This document shows positions 26,440-41,874 of a stretch of 64,000 nucleotides of DNA, one piece after another. Numbering within the stretch: the stretch's first letter is position 1; each line of letters opens with the position of its first letter. Source of the DNA: Octopus sinensis (lineage: Eukaryota); NCBI RefSeq assembly GCF_006345805.1, contig NC_043000.1, positions 161,200,001 through 161,264,000 on the forward strand, read 5' to 3'. Under the pieces are notes generated by a model. That model ran no database searches, had not been told where the DNA came from, and saw only the letters and a list, made by a program, of their open reading frames with translations. Made by a program: the position numbers and the translations under genes.

Positions 26440-27240
26440 ACAACTCGGTTGCTGGTCCCGATAAGTTCCCGGCCACTGTCCTGAAGATGTTTCGACATCA
26501 AACTGCACCCCTCTCTAGCTGAGCTCTGGAGAAACTCACTTGATACAGGTTAGATTCCTGATAATTTTCTTTCCCAGTCTGTCGTTCCAGTTTTCAAATA
26601 GGAAAACAAATCTCTTGCAGTGAACTACCGTCCGATTTCACTCACGTCTCATATCGTTAAAGTATTTGAGAGGGTGGTGAGATCGCGAATAACTTACTTC
26701 CTCGAGGATAAAAATCTGTTGAACCCCGTGATGGCAGGGACTGCCTGTCGCAATTCCGCACTATTTTGATGATATCTTAAAAGTGTTGGGAGGGGACTCC
26801 AACACTGACTTCATATACTTGGATTTTAGCAACGCATTTGACAGAGTGAGCCACAAAATCTTGCTGTAGAAACTGTCCAACATTGGAATCCGTGGAAAGC
26901 TGCTGCAGTGAATAAAGTGTTTTCTGACGAACAGAAACCGACATGTTGTGTTTGAGGGAATACGATCCAGCTCAGTCAAAGTCAGTCGGGGTGTCCCACA
27001 AGGTGCTGTGTTGGGCCCACTCCTCTTCATTATCTACATCAATGACATAGGAGACGTCATCAAATATTCTACCTAGAAAAACCTTTGCAGATAATTCCAA
27101 TCTCTAGAAAGCCATAAACGGTATGGGAGCCCGAACATGTCTTAGGTCGTATCTGTTTGTTGTTGTCCATTGGGCGGAAAAAAACAATATGCTTCTAAAT
27201 GAAGAGAAGTGTGATTCAAAAGTTTACTGGACAAATTTCT
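26440..27240 (+). mobile_element. CR1-clade LINE reverse transcriptase fragment, multiply interrupted
   Basis: AGPDKFP...NYRPISLTSHIVKVFER...YLDFSNAFDRVSH...GVPQGAVLGPLLFIIYIND...FADN. Confidence 0.9.
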
Positions 27241-27429
27241 ACAAATAAATCCCGGACCAACATCCTGCACCCGGATACGTCTGCAACAATAATAACTCTT
27301 TGCTAGAGTAGGTCATGGTGCCCCATATATGACTATAAGTCATATATGGTGTTATTAAGTCAGACATGGCGTGGGCCTATACTGGTCGAAACCTATGAAA
27401 GTTATATATATATATATATATATATATAT

Positions 27430-27475
<46 letters not shown>

Positions 27476-27949
27476 TGGGTGGGATACCCAATATCTTATT
27501 CAGGACTATTCAGTGGTGCAGATGTATCTAGTCGGATGATAAAATAAATATATACAACTCGTTAAAATGACCGTTCCGCAGTGTAACTTTCCGTAACAGC
27601 TAGACGGAGGAGACATCTTCATTTATATAGAAGATCAAAAATAAAATCACAGATGACAGCGAAAAGAAACAAAAACGAACACACAATGCAGCAAGAAAAG
27701 TATAAAAAAAAATGACTGTTTACAGATATGGATATATAAATGCCCTCGGACGACCTTCAAGGGGTAAGTACACTCGCTCATACAAGTATACGCAAAAATC
27801 TAAGCTTACGCACCCGTGAGGTTTGGTGCACTCATGATCACATAGTGAGTTGGTTATTTACTTGGGGTTTATAAGAATGGGGAGGTTAAATGTAAACTTA
27901 AGTAATTCATACCTTAAAGTAAATTAAATTAAGTTAACAGATACTCAAA

Positions 27950-30010
27950 ATTCATTGTCACTGCATTGTACAAAAGTAGATTTCTATGCATGTAGGCATC
28001 TCGAGAGTAGTTCAGAAATTCTATTAATTATCTTCTCGTTAGTCCGCAGAATAGACATGGATTCCACAGAGCAGAGACGGAATCTCCAAGAAATTATATT
28101 GTATGGTTTCGCATACCTTACTATGGACCAATTAATGCTGTACTTCATTTTGTCCTCCTTCAGTCGCCATACAAAATCTGCCAAAGATGTTGAATGTCTC
28201 TTACTGATTGTCTTAAAGTTGGCAACATGGTTACGATAAAGAGTCTTAGATGCTAGCTATATCATGAGTATTTCTACTACTACAAATTGGTCGTAGTTGG
28301 TGTTTATTAATGAGGTTTACATCTCATTGGTTGGTATTTAGATGCAAATGTTCGCTAGATCCACTAGATGGGTTATTGAACATTTTCCACATTTTGTTAT
28401 TTTTTATACGAAGCATAATCTGTTCTAAATTAGCAGAGTTGGTGTAGGATACCTTCATAGTGTGTTAATTATAAATAGCATGATACTGATTAGATTTAGG
28501 AAAACACTTATTGAAAGCAAATAAAAAAATTTCAGCGATCTTATCTTGGTTGAAGCATGCAAAGCGAAAATAGGGTTGAACCAGAGGACATCCTGATTCC
28601 TATATCTGTTGTTAGGCTTATTTGATTGTGTTGTACAGGATTGGAACAAGCAGTTGAATTATTATGCCGCGCGTGTCTATGAGTTTTCGTTGGTAGTTCA
28701 TTGATATGACCAATGCTTTCTGGCCTTTATCTGAGTGAGTTCTCAAATGGTAACGTTGTGGTGGTATACAATGTTACCATAGATATAGTATGAATTACCA
28801 TATGCATGAGATTCGAAAATTTTATTGTTAGCAGATAATCTAGAGGTTCTTGGAGAAATATTCTTAACTAGTCCCCGTATAATCGAGGGTGGATAGTTGG
28901 ATGTTACGTTAATGTACTTAATATGATCATTTGGTTTAGAAAATGGTTCAAATGATCCAGTATCAAGACAGAAGGTAGCGTCAAGAAAATTCACTCTACA
29001 ATACATTTTACCTATAGTAATGTTTAGTCCTAAATTTTTGAAAAGTCTAAAGGAATTTTTCCTATGCCTTTCTAACTGTACTTCACTACTTCTGTCTTGA
29101 AAAAGTAAGGCGCCATCCCTATATAGATCCCCTGTTACTTCTGGAAAGGAAGACTGAATTAATCAAAGGATATATATTCCAACTAGATCACTAGTCTGAG
29201 CAGAATCATGTGAGCACATTGCTATATCAAATGCATTCTCCCTACCTAATCAACTCCATAATCTACCATCAAAATCTACTAGAGTGGCTCGCGCAGCAAA
29301 TATAATATCTATTTCGCACCAGAACAAATCGGAATTTTTCATACTAAATATCAGTGGCATAGTAGCTCTCTATATCTAGTTGCCAGAATGCCCTAATCTT
29401 ACTAATTTCTAGAAGCTTGAACCACCCAACCACTTCTTGGGTATCAGTCCAAACCAGAGGGCTAATCTAATTTTAGTCTTAAGAACGGGTATTAACCTAT
29501 CAATTATTTTTTTTACTAATAAAGCGTATATCGGATTTAGAAGGAAAATAAGTCAATAACGAAGTTGGGTTTATTGTCCTTAAGCAAAATCTGAGGTTTT
29601 CTATCATCTACGGCTAGATCTCTTTCGATTTGTAGTAATGTATTGATAATTCTTTTTCAAACGTTGTTACTAGCGTGTCTATATTTGCTGCGCAATTCCT
29701 TCCTAATCACAGACTTATAGAGTTCAATATCATCAGTATAAATGTTACTTGAGTTGTTCGCTGGAATAAGTATCCCCGGAGATTTCTTGAAGTCGACAAG
29801 TACTTTTCTGATTTTCTGTTGATGTATATTACACCTTCTAGGGTGCTTCCTCAACGTCACGTTCTTGACTATACTATACTATATATATATATATATAATC
29901 AACAGAATGAGATAAAAATAAATCCAAGACTCTGAATAGTTTTCAGGACATTTATAAAGAGTTTTTACAGCTGTTTCTGGTATATTTTATATATCCCTTC
30001 ATCAGGTGTG
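27950..30010 (-). mobile_element. Penelope-like element, decayed (RT, linker, C-terminal GIY-YIG) with upstream terminal repeat region
   Basis: ORF pieces ILIPANNSSNIY (PADKT-like); VNFLDATFCL...SNYPPSII; VLWFNP; WSIVRYAKPYN...RLCSVE...INRISELLSRCLH. Confidence 0.88.
29965..30010 (-). ncRNA. Hammerhead ribozyme motif in PLE terminal repeat (C3-G8), partly degenerate
   Basis: CACAC-CUGAUGA-AGGGAUAUAUAAAAUAUACCA-GAAA-CAGCUG-UA; palindromic ACAGCUGU stem III; stem I does not pair in cis. Confidence 0.55.
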
Positions 30011-30373
30011 ATAATACATATGGAAACACGTATGTATGAGCTTATATACGTGTGTGTATGTGTTATATATATGTATATGTATACGTGTATGTATATATAT
30101 ATGTGTGTGTGTGTGTAAGTATATGTCTATGTATATTTATATACGAATATGTATATATGTGTGTATGTATGTACGTATATATATATGTATGCATAGATGT
30201 ACATGTATATATGCATGCGTGTATATGTATAGATATTTGAACATGCAAGTGGGTACATGTGAATATATATGGTTATAGGTATAGATATTTTATATAAGCA
30301 CAGATTTGTATATGTGTGTAGATGTCTGTATGTGTACATATGTATATAAATATATATATATGTGTGTGTGTGT

Positions 30374-30431
<58 letters not shown>

Positions 30432-31443
30432 GTGTATGTGTGAATATATGCATATGTAAACATACATGCCTCTGTGTGTGTGCCTGTGTGCGTGTGTGTA
30501 TGTATACACTCGCATATATTTATGCGCCTGTGCAAGTCTGCATGCATGCATTTATGTATGCAAGAATTTATATATACAAAAATAGATACACATGAATATA
30601 CATGGATGCATGTAACATACAAGAGTTTGTATGCGTATATATGTGTTGATGCATGTAAATGTCTATACACATGTGTGGATACGTATGTGCGTATACATCT
30701 TCACAGATATAAATTCTTCAATTCTTCTACTACTCACCACTAACCTGTCCTTTCAAGTAACTTGACTTATATTCCCCATTTTTTCATTCCACGTCAATTT
30801 TACTACCCTTATTTTCTCTCTATACTTTCTATACTCACCCACAAAGCTCTATCACAACATACCTCACACTTTTTACTCTTCAACTTCTCATCTATTCTTC
30901 TCTCTCTCCCTCACCTCTCCCTTCTCTCTGTCATTTTACTCTGACCAGCAGCTAGCGCACCTCTTCATTTATTGTCTCTCTCCCTTTTTTCTTTCACTCT
31001 TCCTGTGTTTGACTTGAGCTTACAGACACATTCCCAACTTTTAAGTCACTTCAAAAAAATCCTCGATCGAATAACACCATTTACATATATATTTATATGT
31101 TCCTTTCACCGACGTTTAGCAGTGAATGGATACAATGTCTTAGATACCTGCAATTGTAAACTTACCTATACATGTGTACAAGCACATACAATCATATAAA
31201 TACGCATGCACACACATGCATACATACATACATACACACATACATACATACATACATACACACATACATACATACATACACACATACATACATACATACA
31301 CACATGCATACATACATACATACATACATACATACATACATACGTACATACATACACGTGATTTCGGACAGCGGTTTAACTCAAATACTCTTCTTTTTCT
31401 TCTTCTTTATGTATTTTACATAGACGTGTACATATATATGTGA

Positions 31444-31529
<86 letters not shown>

Positions 31530-31739
31530 TATACATGTACATGTAGTACATGCATATACACACTCATACACACATACATTCCCACCCATGCACATACATC
31601 TACACATACGTACATACATATATATGTACACTCATACGACTATATATAATTACATATGTATATGTATCAGTATCATGCAGCTCAACATGTATGTATGAAT
31701 TTCTACATGTACATGAGAGAAAAGGATGATTATAGACAA

Positions 31740-32800
31740 GTACTCCCGAGTGGAATTGCGTGTCACCACATTCGTATTTACGGTTGAGGGTAGGTTTGTA
31801 CTTCTGTATACAGACAGTTTCGATTACTTGTCTCAGCATTGCATCAGTAGTATGTATGGACAGGATATCTAATCTAAGTCTTCCTAAAGAGCCATTGTGG
31901 CAGCCTACAGCATTCTGATAGAGAACGGAGTTCGGTTTTTTTCCAATGTAGTTGTCCAGGTGTTCATTGAACCTATCGTTGATGCTCCTAGATTTCTCAG
32001 CAATACAGGACTCTGAGAGAACCACGCAAGTCCCCATCCTGGCTCTTAATCTTGTATACAGGGTTTGTAGAACATACGACACAATTATTTCGACACGTGA
32101 TTCTATCAAATGTGTATGACTTACATAAGACCAAGTATCATCTTTAGTCCTTTTGTTGTTGTCTCTACCCAACCTATTCCAGAATTTGTTGCAGTATATT
32201 GGGCATATACCGTTTTCATCATCTCTTAGTATGCGTTCGAATCTTGTTTTCGCTCTTTTGTATACACTGATCCTATCGTTCTGTGTGTAAACCGGAAGGT
32301 TCCATTCGGAATATGTAATGTTGGATGTGTTTTTGTCGTCTTGTCGTCGGCATAGTGGGGATAGGTTCCTCGTTACTCTAACTAAATCTGTCATGAGCAT
32401 GTTGATTTTGACATCGCTGAGTCGCTACGGATTATTAGTGGATTAGCCATAGGTTTATAATAGTGAGTGGAGTAAACATGGTTTAACAGTTCTGCAGATC
32501 ATTGTATTTTCTATCAACAGATCAGTATTTAGGTCAGGTAATCTATTTATGGGGTGTTTGGAGGTGTAGTCCACAGTAGCTATGTGTTGTATAGTTGTCA
32601 TCTGTTCTTCAGTTAGTAAAGTCTTCATATGTGTATTTCTTTTCACGACAAGTTTAATGTCGTCGACGTATCGAGAGGACATAACTAAGTGGATGTTAGG
32701 GGTCGCTAGGCACTGCTTAAAATGTCTGTTCCATCATACCATGAAGGGGTTGGCAACATCACCGGTGATCCCCACACCAATAGTCCGCCTTTCATCTGTT
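31740..32800 (-). mobile_element. Penelope-like element fragment (RT core to GIY-YIG C-terminus)
   Basis: IGVGITGDVANPFM...SRYVDD (RT) and EKSRSINDRFNEH...LRQVIETVCIQKYKPTLNRKYE (GIY-YIG). Confidence 0.88.
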
Positions 32801-35800
32801 TGTATAGTTCATTATTAAACTTTAAAATATTTTTTTAAGAGTGGTTCTAAGGCTGGCACCGACAGCGTGTGCGGCATAAATTCTGATATCGTGTACAGCT
32901 GAAGGTTGGTGGTCTGGTTTTGTCCAGCCATGCCAGCGTTCACTCTGGATTTTATATATATATATATATATGTAATATTCTAAAAATCTCAACCTTTCTG
33001 CTATAACTATATTTGACGCAATATACTAATATTGTGATAAATGTAATTCTGTTTAGCAAAACATAAAAAGCAACAAGCCCCAAAAATAAATCAATAAGAG
33101 TAGTTTGGTTATGTAAAATTTTATTTTATTTTCCTTTTCTTTCTTCTTTTGCTACAGACATGTCATTCCATTTCGATAGCGTTTTTATATAAAAAATTAT
33201 ATCGTGCGCAAAACAAAGTTGAAAATAAGAAAAGGTTATTTTTATTTGTGAATCTAATTTTGATGTTGACTAACCAGATAGTTTAATGAGAATTATGAGA
33301 CTGTTGTCTCTCTTCATGTCATTTTCAGACTTCTGGAAATTGCTCATCATTCTAGCCTAAAGTCAGCCACAAGAGACTACTCAGACTGTTTTTGTTAAAT
33401 CTCCGAATTATTCGTGAGACATTGTCATTCATTCTCTCAACAAATTCTCTATAGATTCCGAAACTTGCAGTTCCACCGGCTACAATACTCGAATGGTTTA
33501 GTGCAGTAAGCACCTGGTTGGATTTCAGATGACAAATAACTAAATTTATTCTGCGGTTGTTGTCTTACAAAGAACAACCAAATTTACTCGAGCCATCGTC
33601 CAAGTGTAGAGAAATCGTACATGATGATCGAGCGCCATTTAAATTCTGTGCATCAACACCAATTACGCCAGAGACCCTTGAAATGAGGTACTGGCTCTAT
33701 ATACACATTATGGCCACCAAAACTGGTCTCTTCAACAAAAAGAGACAGAGCATACATTCCAGCCTGGCTAATTTATTCCGAGATAAATGACAGACAAGCA
33801 GCAACATATTTCCTTCCAGCCTTTCAAGGAAAGCTTAAACGCATCTCCTATATTAGTAATACAGAGATCCATATTCTCAACCACCTTTGTGTTCCAGTGC
33901 ATGACCTTGATTACCTCCAATATCTGCAGAAATAGTCCATACACCAAAAGAATTTTGAAGGCATACTTGAACGTGTGCGTAATTCGAAATTGTTCTGATA
34001 AATAATAGACTCAGAATTTGTCCACTAAACCGAAGTCGTATTGTTATGATAACAGCTCTTTTGTTACGACCAAAAAGCACCATCTTCCGTATGAATACCT
34101 TTACCAAAATATTCAAAGCGGCATTTTTTCCATTTATTCGGATATTTTCTAAGGAAAGTTATTACATTCCAGCTCACGTGTTTGGGGATGCTTGCTATCT
34201 ACTGCTAGCAGACACAGATGTTTGACAAACTAGTAATAAATGCGTCTGACCCGTAGTAATGTTACTCATAGATCAGACAATCACCAGTTTGTTACTATCG
34301 ACATTATCGAACTCAAAGGATAAAATCCGAAGTTATCATTGGCAGGATTTGAACGTAGAGCCAGAAAAGTACCGCAATACATTCTTTTTTAGCATTAACA
34401 AACTAGAGATAATGACAGTGTTATGAAATGTCTAAATAAAACAGAAAGTCACACAAATATATATCAGATGAAATATGAGAAAATTATAGTAACCATATAT
34501 TGCCATAAATCACGAAAAATATACTAATTTCGACAACAGTGCCCCTTAAATGAAATGCCGAAACTATTCAGATATAAAGATCTACGAATAGAGATGACTC
34601 AAAGATATTGATTGAAAATATGTTGATTACAGTAATATGTGGCATGTGGTTGATTAAGAAAGATGAGGCTAAATAGATACATATCAACCTACGACATATA
34701 TTTACACGTGACATACAAAAACAAAAGCACTACAAGTGACCGCCTACATCTTATGTAGTTTATTTTCAGTAAGATTGAAATAATAAAACAAAGATGAGAC
34801 ACGGTGGTACTCGTGGCGAATATACTTGCGCCTAATTTTGAAGCAAATGGATGCATTATCCGTATGGGTAGAATTTAGTGTAATTGTTAACGTGACCTAG
34901 AATTTAATATAACGGCAACTATTGAAAAGTAGCTTTTACAAACTATTCTATATCACAACTTGCTAACTTCGTCATAAATACGTTTAACAGCATCTATCAT
35001 GTCATGAGCTTCTGAAATGCTGGATTAGAAAGTAACACCTCTAGATTTTCTAGTTTGTAACAACTAGCAAACCTCTAAAATCATTACACGACATAATAAC
35101 TTTCCTTTGCAACGACTATCCACTCAAAGAAGATAACTTAGTATGTGAACGTCTCGTATAAGAGAACATTTTAAAACGGTAATTATTAATGCTGCTCTCA
35201 CAAGATATCCCCATACTCTCCCACGTTGATCGCTACACCAACAACATTCTGAAATTGAAGTAACGATAAAACGTAATTACCGTTTGTAGGTATGAAGATA
35301 GATATGAACATCCTTAAAGGTTTGTTTCCACAAGGTTCAGCCTGCCATGAAGTTAATGCAACTTATAAAATTAGAAACGGAGCTATATATTTGGCATATA
35401 CCATACAGGCGACACGTTCACAGGTATATCTTAAATATCTAAAATATACAAGCAAATAACGTTTTATGACGCTGATACAGTTTATAAAACACTATATGAC
35501 GTTGTATAAGGATAGCCTACATGGGGACATAGAAACGTAACAAAAACACTCAAATTCAACACCTTTCAGAAATGATTCTACTGCATTCATCTCAACTTGC
35601 ATTTGTTGTAGAAAAGGGCAAGGATACATAGTATGAAAGCGAATGAAAGAGCTAGGCATTTACACCCACTTGTGATATGAAAAAGTGAGTAAAAGTTAAG
35701 ATGCAAGAAGAACATGAAATACATTAAGAGGCAACCAAATTTCAACGTAAGTCAAGATTTATTTCAGACTAGATTTTATTAAATTGTATTCGTATTTTCC

Positions 35801-36113
35801 AGCATACCTATTTACGAAACTATACCAACTAATTTCGATGTAAGAACGTAAATATAAAACAGATATTTCTCAAAAAAGTATTAATAATGATCCTTACATT
35901 TATAGGCACATGACCTGAAATTTTTGGGGTAGGAACTAGTTGATTACTTCAACACCAAGGTTCAAATGGCATGAAATTCATTAACTTCGAAAAGATGAAA
36001 GGGAACATCGGTTTCGATTGCATTTGAACACAGAACTTAAAGAGGGATGAGATGTCCGCTAAGAATTTGTTTCGGCGTGTTAACGAATTAACCAGCTCGC
36101 AAAATTAATGTGT

Positions 36114-36183
<70 letters not shown>

Positions 36184-36184
<1 letters not shown>

Positions 36185-36514
36185 TGCATCTCTGATCACG
36201 AGCAGAAGTAGTATGGGAGCATTATAGCCAAATGTTGAGAGGAAATCTTTGGGGTTAGATAACTTCCCTTTGGAAACATGGGTGTTTCGTCCAGCATCCT
36301 TAAGCAACTCTTATTCTGTGACCTTTTGAGCGGGACCCCATCTGCAAAGTCATGTGCGCTGTTTATCTAGATACGTGATCACCACGTCGCGCACATATGG
36401 TTGTGATGCATGTACCTTGCGTACATTTATCAGACGGGTAGTCATGATGGTTATACTAGCATTCGTATATTTTACCCTGGTGTCACTATAATGGCATGCA
36501 CTTCTCTCTCACTC
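36184..36514 (+). mobile_element. 5'-truncated copy of the 407-960 repeat family
   Basis: Colinear similarity to 597-960; AAT tail. Confidence 0.65.
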
Positions 36515-36529
36515 AATAATAATAAAAGT

Positions 36530-36842
36530 AATTATAACGTTTCATATTGGCGGCACAAGATCAAAGCTTGCTTACCAGAAACTCTCACTCTCATGTTCTT
36601 CAAAGCGTTTCTGACTCTAAATGCAGATTCTGCAAAACATTTGACGAAACAATGGATCATCACGTCTCGCTATGTCCTATGCTGACACCAAATGAATACA
36701 AAAGTCGCCATGATTGGGTAGGACATTATTTTCATTCGAAAATATGTAAACACTACAAAATCAGCGCTCTTGTTTACTGGTATGGACATCATCATGCGCC
36801 AGTCGTTGAAGGTAAAACTGTCACTATCCTCAGGGATTTTGA
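36530..36842 (+). mobile_element. R4/Dong-like RLE fragment (CCHC zinc knuckle)
   Basis: AAQDQSLLTR...CRFCKTFDETMDHHVSLCP...RHDWVG...WYGH...ILRDF; follows an AAT tract. Confidence 0.85.
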
Positions 36843-36932
36843 TGGTGGTGGTGGTCGACGTCGTGGTTTTTGTGGTGGTGGTCATCGTCGTCGTGGTATA
36901 GTAGTAATAGTAGTAATAGTAGCAGTAGCTAA

Positions 36933-37015
<83 letters not shown>

Positions 37016-37719
37016 TTAAAAATATGAAACCGTGTAAGAGAATTTGCATACTTGAGCGATGAAACATTTTTTTTTACGTATTACCAAAAGAGTGAATCGG
37101 TGTATATGTGCTATTTGAGTTTGTTATGAATCGTACCAATATGTACTGCAATACATATTCACCGATTCTCAGAAGGAAATTTACTGAGAATTTGAGTTCG
37201 TCTTGAAATGTTACTTGCGATATACTAATGTCCACTTAAAAGTGATATTTATTTCTACTTCACTGAAGATGGTAAATCATTGATTTGCCAAAACTTAGAA
37301 AATTTATTCTTTTTGCTCTCTTATCGCTTGTATATCAGTTGTTCTCCTTCCAAATAAGCGCGAGATGAATTTTCTTACCAAACTAACTTCTCGATAGTTC
37401 TCTCACAAAACGATATAGTTTTCTAAGTCAGCTTTTACTCTGTTATCACAGTATCTAAAATTATATTGAAATAAGATTTTGAACCAATCTATTTATATAT
37501 CTAACCTTTTTTGTACACTGAGGTAACTTAAAATGGCCGTATGCACTCGTACATACATTCTTTTCTTCTCACACCGAATTCTTCAGAGAAATTGTTGAAA
37601 TTTTGCACCTTTTACTTCTTAATATACAAATACACACCATCGCGCATGGACATAACATCGCGACATGCTTCTACATATATGACGAACGTTTAGCTTTGCC
37701 ACAGAAGTAAAATTAACAG

Positions 37720-38050
37720 GCGTAGGAGTGGCTGTGTGGTAAGTAGCTTGCTTACGAACTACATGGTTCCGGGTTCAGTCCCCACTTTGGGCGAGTGTCT
37801 TCTACTATAGCCTCGGGCCGACCAAAACCTTGTGAGTCGATTTGGTAGATGGAAATATATATATACATGTGTGTGTGTGTGTGTGTGTCTGTGTTTGTCC
37901 CCCCCCAGCATCGCTTGACAACCGATGCTCGTGTGTTTACGTCCCCGTAACGTAGAGGTTCGGCAAAAGAGACTGATAGAATAAGTACTAGGCTTACAAA
38001 GAATAAGTCCTGGGGTGCATTTGCTCGACTAAGTGTGGTGCTCCAGCATG
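37720..38050 (+). mobile_element. tRNA-derived SINE family C
   Basis: ggcgtaggagtggctgtgtggtaagtagcttgc...gggttcagtccc...gtgtcttctactatagcc. Confidence 0.88.
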
Positions 38051-38749
38051 AGTAAAAGAGCCTCAAAGACCCAAATACTATGTTAAGAAGTAAACCTGTT
38101 TGTGTTCATGAAGAAAAGCTGAACTCTGAAAATGACCAAACACTTTAACTTTCGGTATGCATCACAACGTGAAGCATCTAATCGAAGTAAATAGCGATAG
38201 TAATTGAAATTTGATAAATTACTTGTTAGCTTGCAGTAGAACGTAGCTAAGATCCTTGCGCGCCGGAATGACCAGGGACATCCCACTTGTCCCCAAAAGC
38301 ACTACATAAAAACGAAACCCAGAACTCAAATTTGAACTTAAATCTCGATCACTGGTTTTAAGTATTTCAATTGATATTATAAATAATGAAAATACTATAT
38401 TTATGAAGCGAACCACATATTTTATAGTTTTCTTCATGCTATGTATCAAACATGTTTATTAAACCTTCTAATCCCTCCATATCATATTGGTTTCTTTTTC
38501 ACGTGGGAGAGGTGTCGTTCAATCTCCTAGGGAGAATTGCAGTAAATTGAACTAAAAATTGAAAGCAGGCCGTAGTCTCAGCTCTATTGAAGAGCTCAGC
38601 TTTGTCTTTAACGACCACTTTTGATCTACATAAGTGGTTGATATATAGTCACTTTAAATAAATAAGGATATTAATGATAGTGTTTGATCAACTGCTGGTA
38701 CAATACACTACAAAGACGGCTCCAGCTGAATGAATCTAATTACTATAAT

Positions 38750-39350
38750 GCCTATAGCTACTGCTCTTTTAAAGGAATACACTATCCATTATATATTACT
38801 CAATAACTTATTCAGCAGATCATATATTTATAAGAAAATAATTGTATTTATAACACTATATCAGAATTATTTCAGAGAGTCATATTCATCAAACACAATC
38901 ATACCCGTAAGAGAATACGATATTTATGTAACGATATCACATCCCTCACAAAATATCGCATTCATCATTCATATCTGATTTACTACACAATATCATGCTC
39001 TTTACAAATTATCATATTTACCTCAATATTATATTCATCAAGGAAATGCTCTATATATTAGAGAGTATTGTATTTATAAGTTAATATCCTGTTCATGAAA
39101 GGATATCATATTATTCGTAGAGCATCCTACGCATTACAGGATCTAATATTCATAACATATCACCATATTCATAAAAAAAGTTATATATATTGTACAATAT
39201 CAGAATTTAACATAATATCACATTCATCAAAGAATATCATATTCTCCCTAGAGTATCAAATTTGCAATATATTCAACACAGATGACTCTATTTATCACAG
39301 AGTAGCATAATCCTCACATTATATCATATTTACCACACCATTTCATATGC
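38750..39350. repeat. Highly degenerate minisatellite built on (a)atatcatattc-like units
   Basis: Recurrent atatcatatt / atatcacatt / atatcgcatt / atattcatca motifs. Confidence 0.5.
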
Positions 39351-41111
39351 TTAACAGAAGTTGATAAAACCAAACGAACGACAGCAAATTGATATATGTT
39401 CTATGAAACTTAACTGGCATTGCTCTAATTAACACTGTATGGAAAATCGTACCACAGTATTTTAGTTTGGAAAAGATTCTCTCTATTTAATAGTCATTTC
39501 AGTATCCCGCGCCTAGTCTCCCGTTCTCCCTATAAATACCGTATTTTAGCAGTAATATATTATCTAATTTAAGCTTCTCAGAGCTAAATTAAACCACCTA
39601 CTAGCAGTTTCCATCCTCGCGTATGACAATTTTACTTAATGTAAACCCGTTTACATTTATTATAAAAACACAATTACCGTATACCAAGCATAGCTTCCTC
39701 ACCCCACAGAAACTTACAATATTTTTATCTGCAAAAAATAACTTTTTATTCCACATACCCATAGCAATTAAATATGATGACTGTTTTGAACATTAAGTTT
39801 TTGAAACGTTAAGAATGTAGCAAATTTGCTTTTCTATGTCGGGTATTTACTGTTTCAGAAAAACTGGAGCCTCTACCGAAAGACTTCTAAATATTTGCTT
39901 AGTTAATATTTTCCATCCTTTACTTGCAACAATAAATACTATCATCCACCGGTACAGCTTTAAATTTAGTCTTTTCGGCCTATGACAGCAGAATAGTTTC
40001 ATTGTGAGTACAATACACTTGTATTCACCAGCCGATTATACCTCAGTTAAATTTTGAGCTAGCAAGCTGTACCTAACTTTACTTGAAGGAAAGGTGACAC
40101 ATTTATCGAGACAGGGAATGAATTTATCCGACTCTCGTGCATATCTTCAAGTAGATGATCTCTAAGTTTGAAATGAAATTAAAAGAAATAACTACAAGCG
40201 GAATTCCAAACTAGATCTTGAAACCAAATCGGAAACTTAAAATCAGTCATTATAAATACAGATAAACTTGTTATACTTTAGTCGTATCGTTGCAAGAAAT
40301 GTTAAACCATTCAATTTAGCTAAATCTGTAGACCAGAAGATATCACAATGTTTTCCAGTTTATAAAATTGTCACAAGTATTGTTATAATGTATTTCGTTT
40401 TGTTCAAAGTAACACCCCCAGGCCATTATATTATGAATTATTTAAGAGAATATAATGACATTTTTTTCTTGTTGACATTAGAGAGAGAAGACTGCTTCGC
40501 AAAAGTGAAAACAGAATAATAATGTTCATTTTGATACCAATCATAATAAATATCTAGCACACCCATACAGACACAGACACATAACACTCAGCGGAAAACA
40601 CAACACACCGAGACAAACATTTTTACAACTGACAACAGAAAGGCCTATTGTTGTTGGTTTTTGTTTGTTTTTAACGAACAGTTTTGTCATCATACATCAT
40701 TCCGTTTGCGAAACACTATATTTTACAAAGTTTCCAAAACTTTGCACTGTCTACGATTGTCTTAGTTTATTATGTTACTATATTATTCGTGCATTGAACT
40801 TCTACTACACTTCATTTTCTCCACTACTATGTATTTTAAGATATCCCAATCGTACTACTCGTATGAAGTACCACTGGTCTGTTATTCTTTCGCTGGTTTA
40901 AAATACACACTTCCCGATTACGTTTACCCAAGTACATATTTCATAAAGATACTTATTTTCTTGATCTGTATTTCTTGAATCATTAGATTAAGATTCTTTT
41001 GATTCTGCTTCAGTTTTACACTGATGAATATAAGCATATTTATACGTATATGTGCAGGCACATATATACTTACACACATAACTGGGTCACTACATATCTA
41101 CTGCATAAATT

Positions 41112-41160
<49 letters not shown>

Positions 41161-41236
41161 ATATATAATATATATATATATATAATATATATATATTATA
41201 TATATATATATAATATATATATATATATAATATTAT

Positions 41237-41376
<140 letters not shown>

Positions 41377-41464
41377 TATATATAATATATATATATATAA
41401 TATATATATATATAATATATATATATATATATTAATATATATATATATAATATATATATATATA

Positions 41465-41520
<56 letters not shown>

Positions 41521-41599
41521 TGTATGTATGTATGTATGTATGTATGTATGCGTAAATATATATATATATTGGAAGGTTTGGAGATGATGTACAGGTATT

Positions 41600-41874
41600 A
41601 TATATTAGAAGAAATGAGGTAATCAGAAGATCGGATGGTTCATATTTATAGATATTTATATATATATTACATTTTATATATATATATATCATATCATTCA
41701 GATTATTAGCGCTTTCTCCCATTCTAGTGGGGTTAAAACCCCACTAGAATGGGAGAAAGCGCTAATAATCTGAATTATATGATCTGAATGATATGATATA
41801 TATATGTAAAAAATGTAATATATAAATAAATATCTATAAATATGAACCATCCGATCTTCTGATTACCTCATTTC

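Noticed and set aside
27795-27845. Hammerhead-like relic at the 3' side of the 28-30 kb PLE (ATCATGA...GCACC/GGTGC...GTAAGCTT)
   Set aside because: Two core mismatches plus GAAA changed to GTAA; too degenerate to call.
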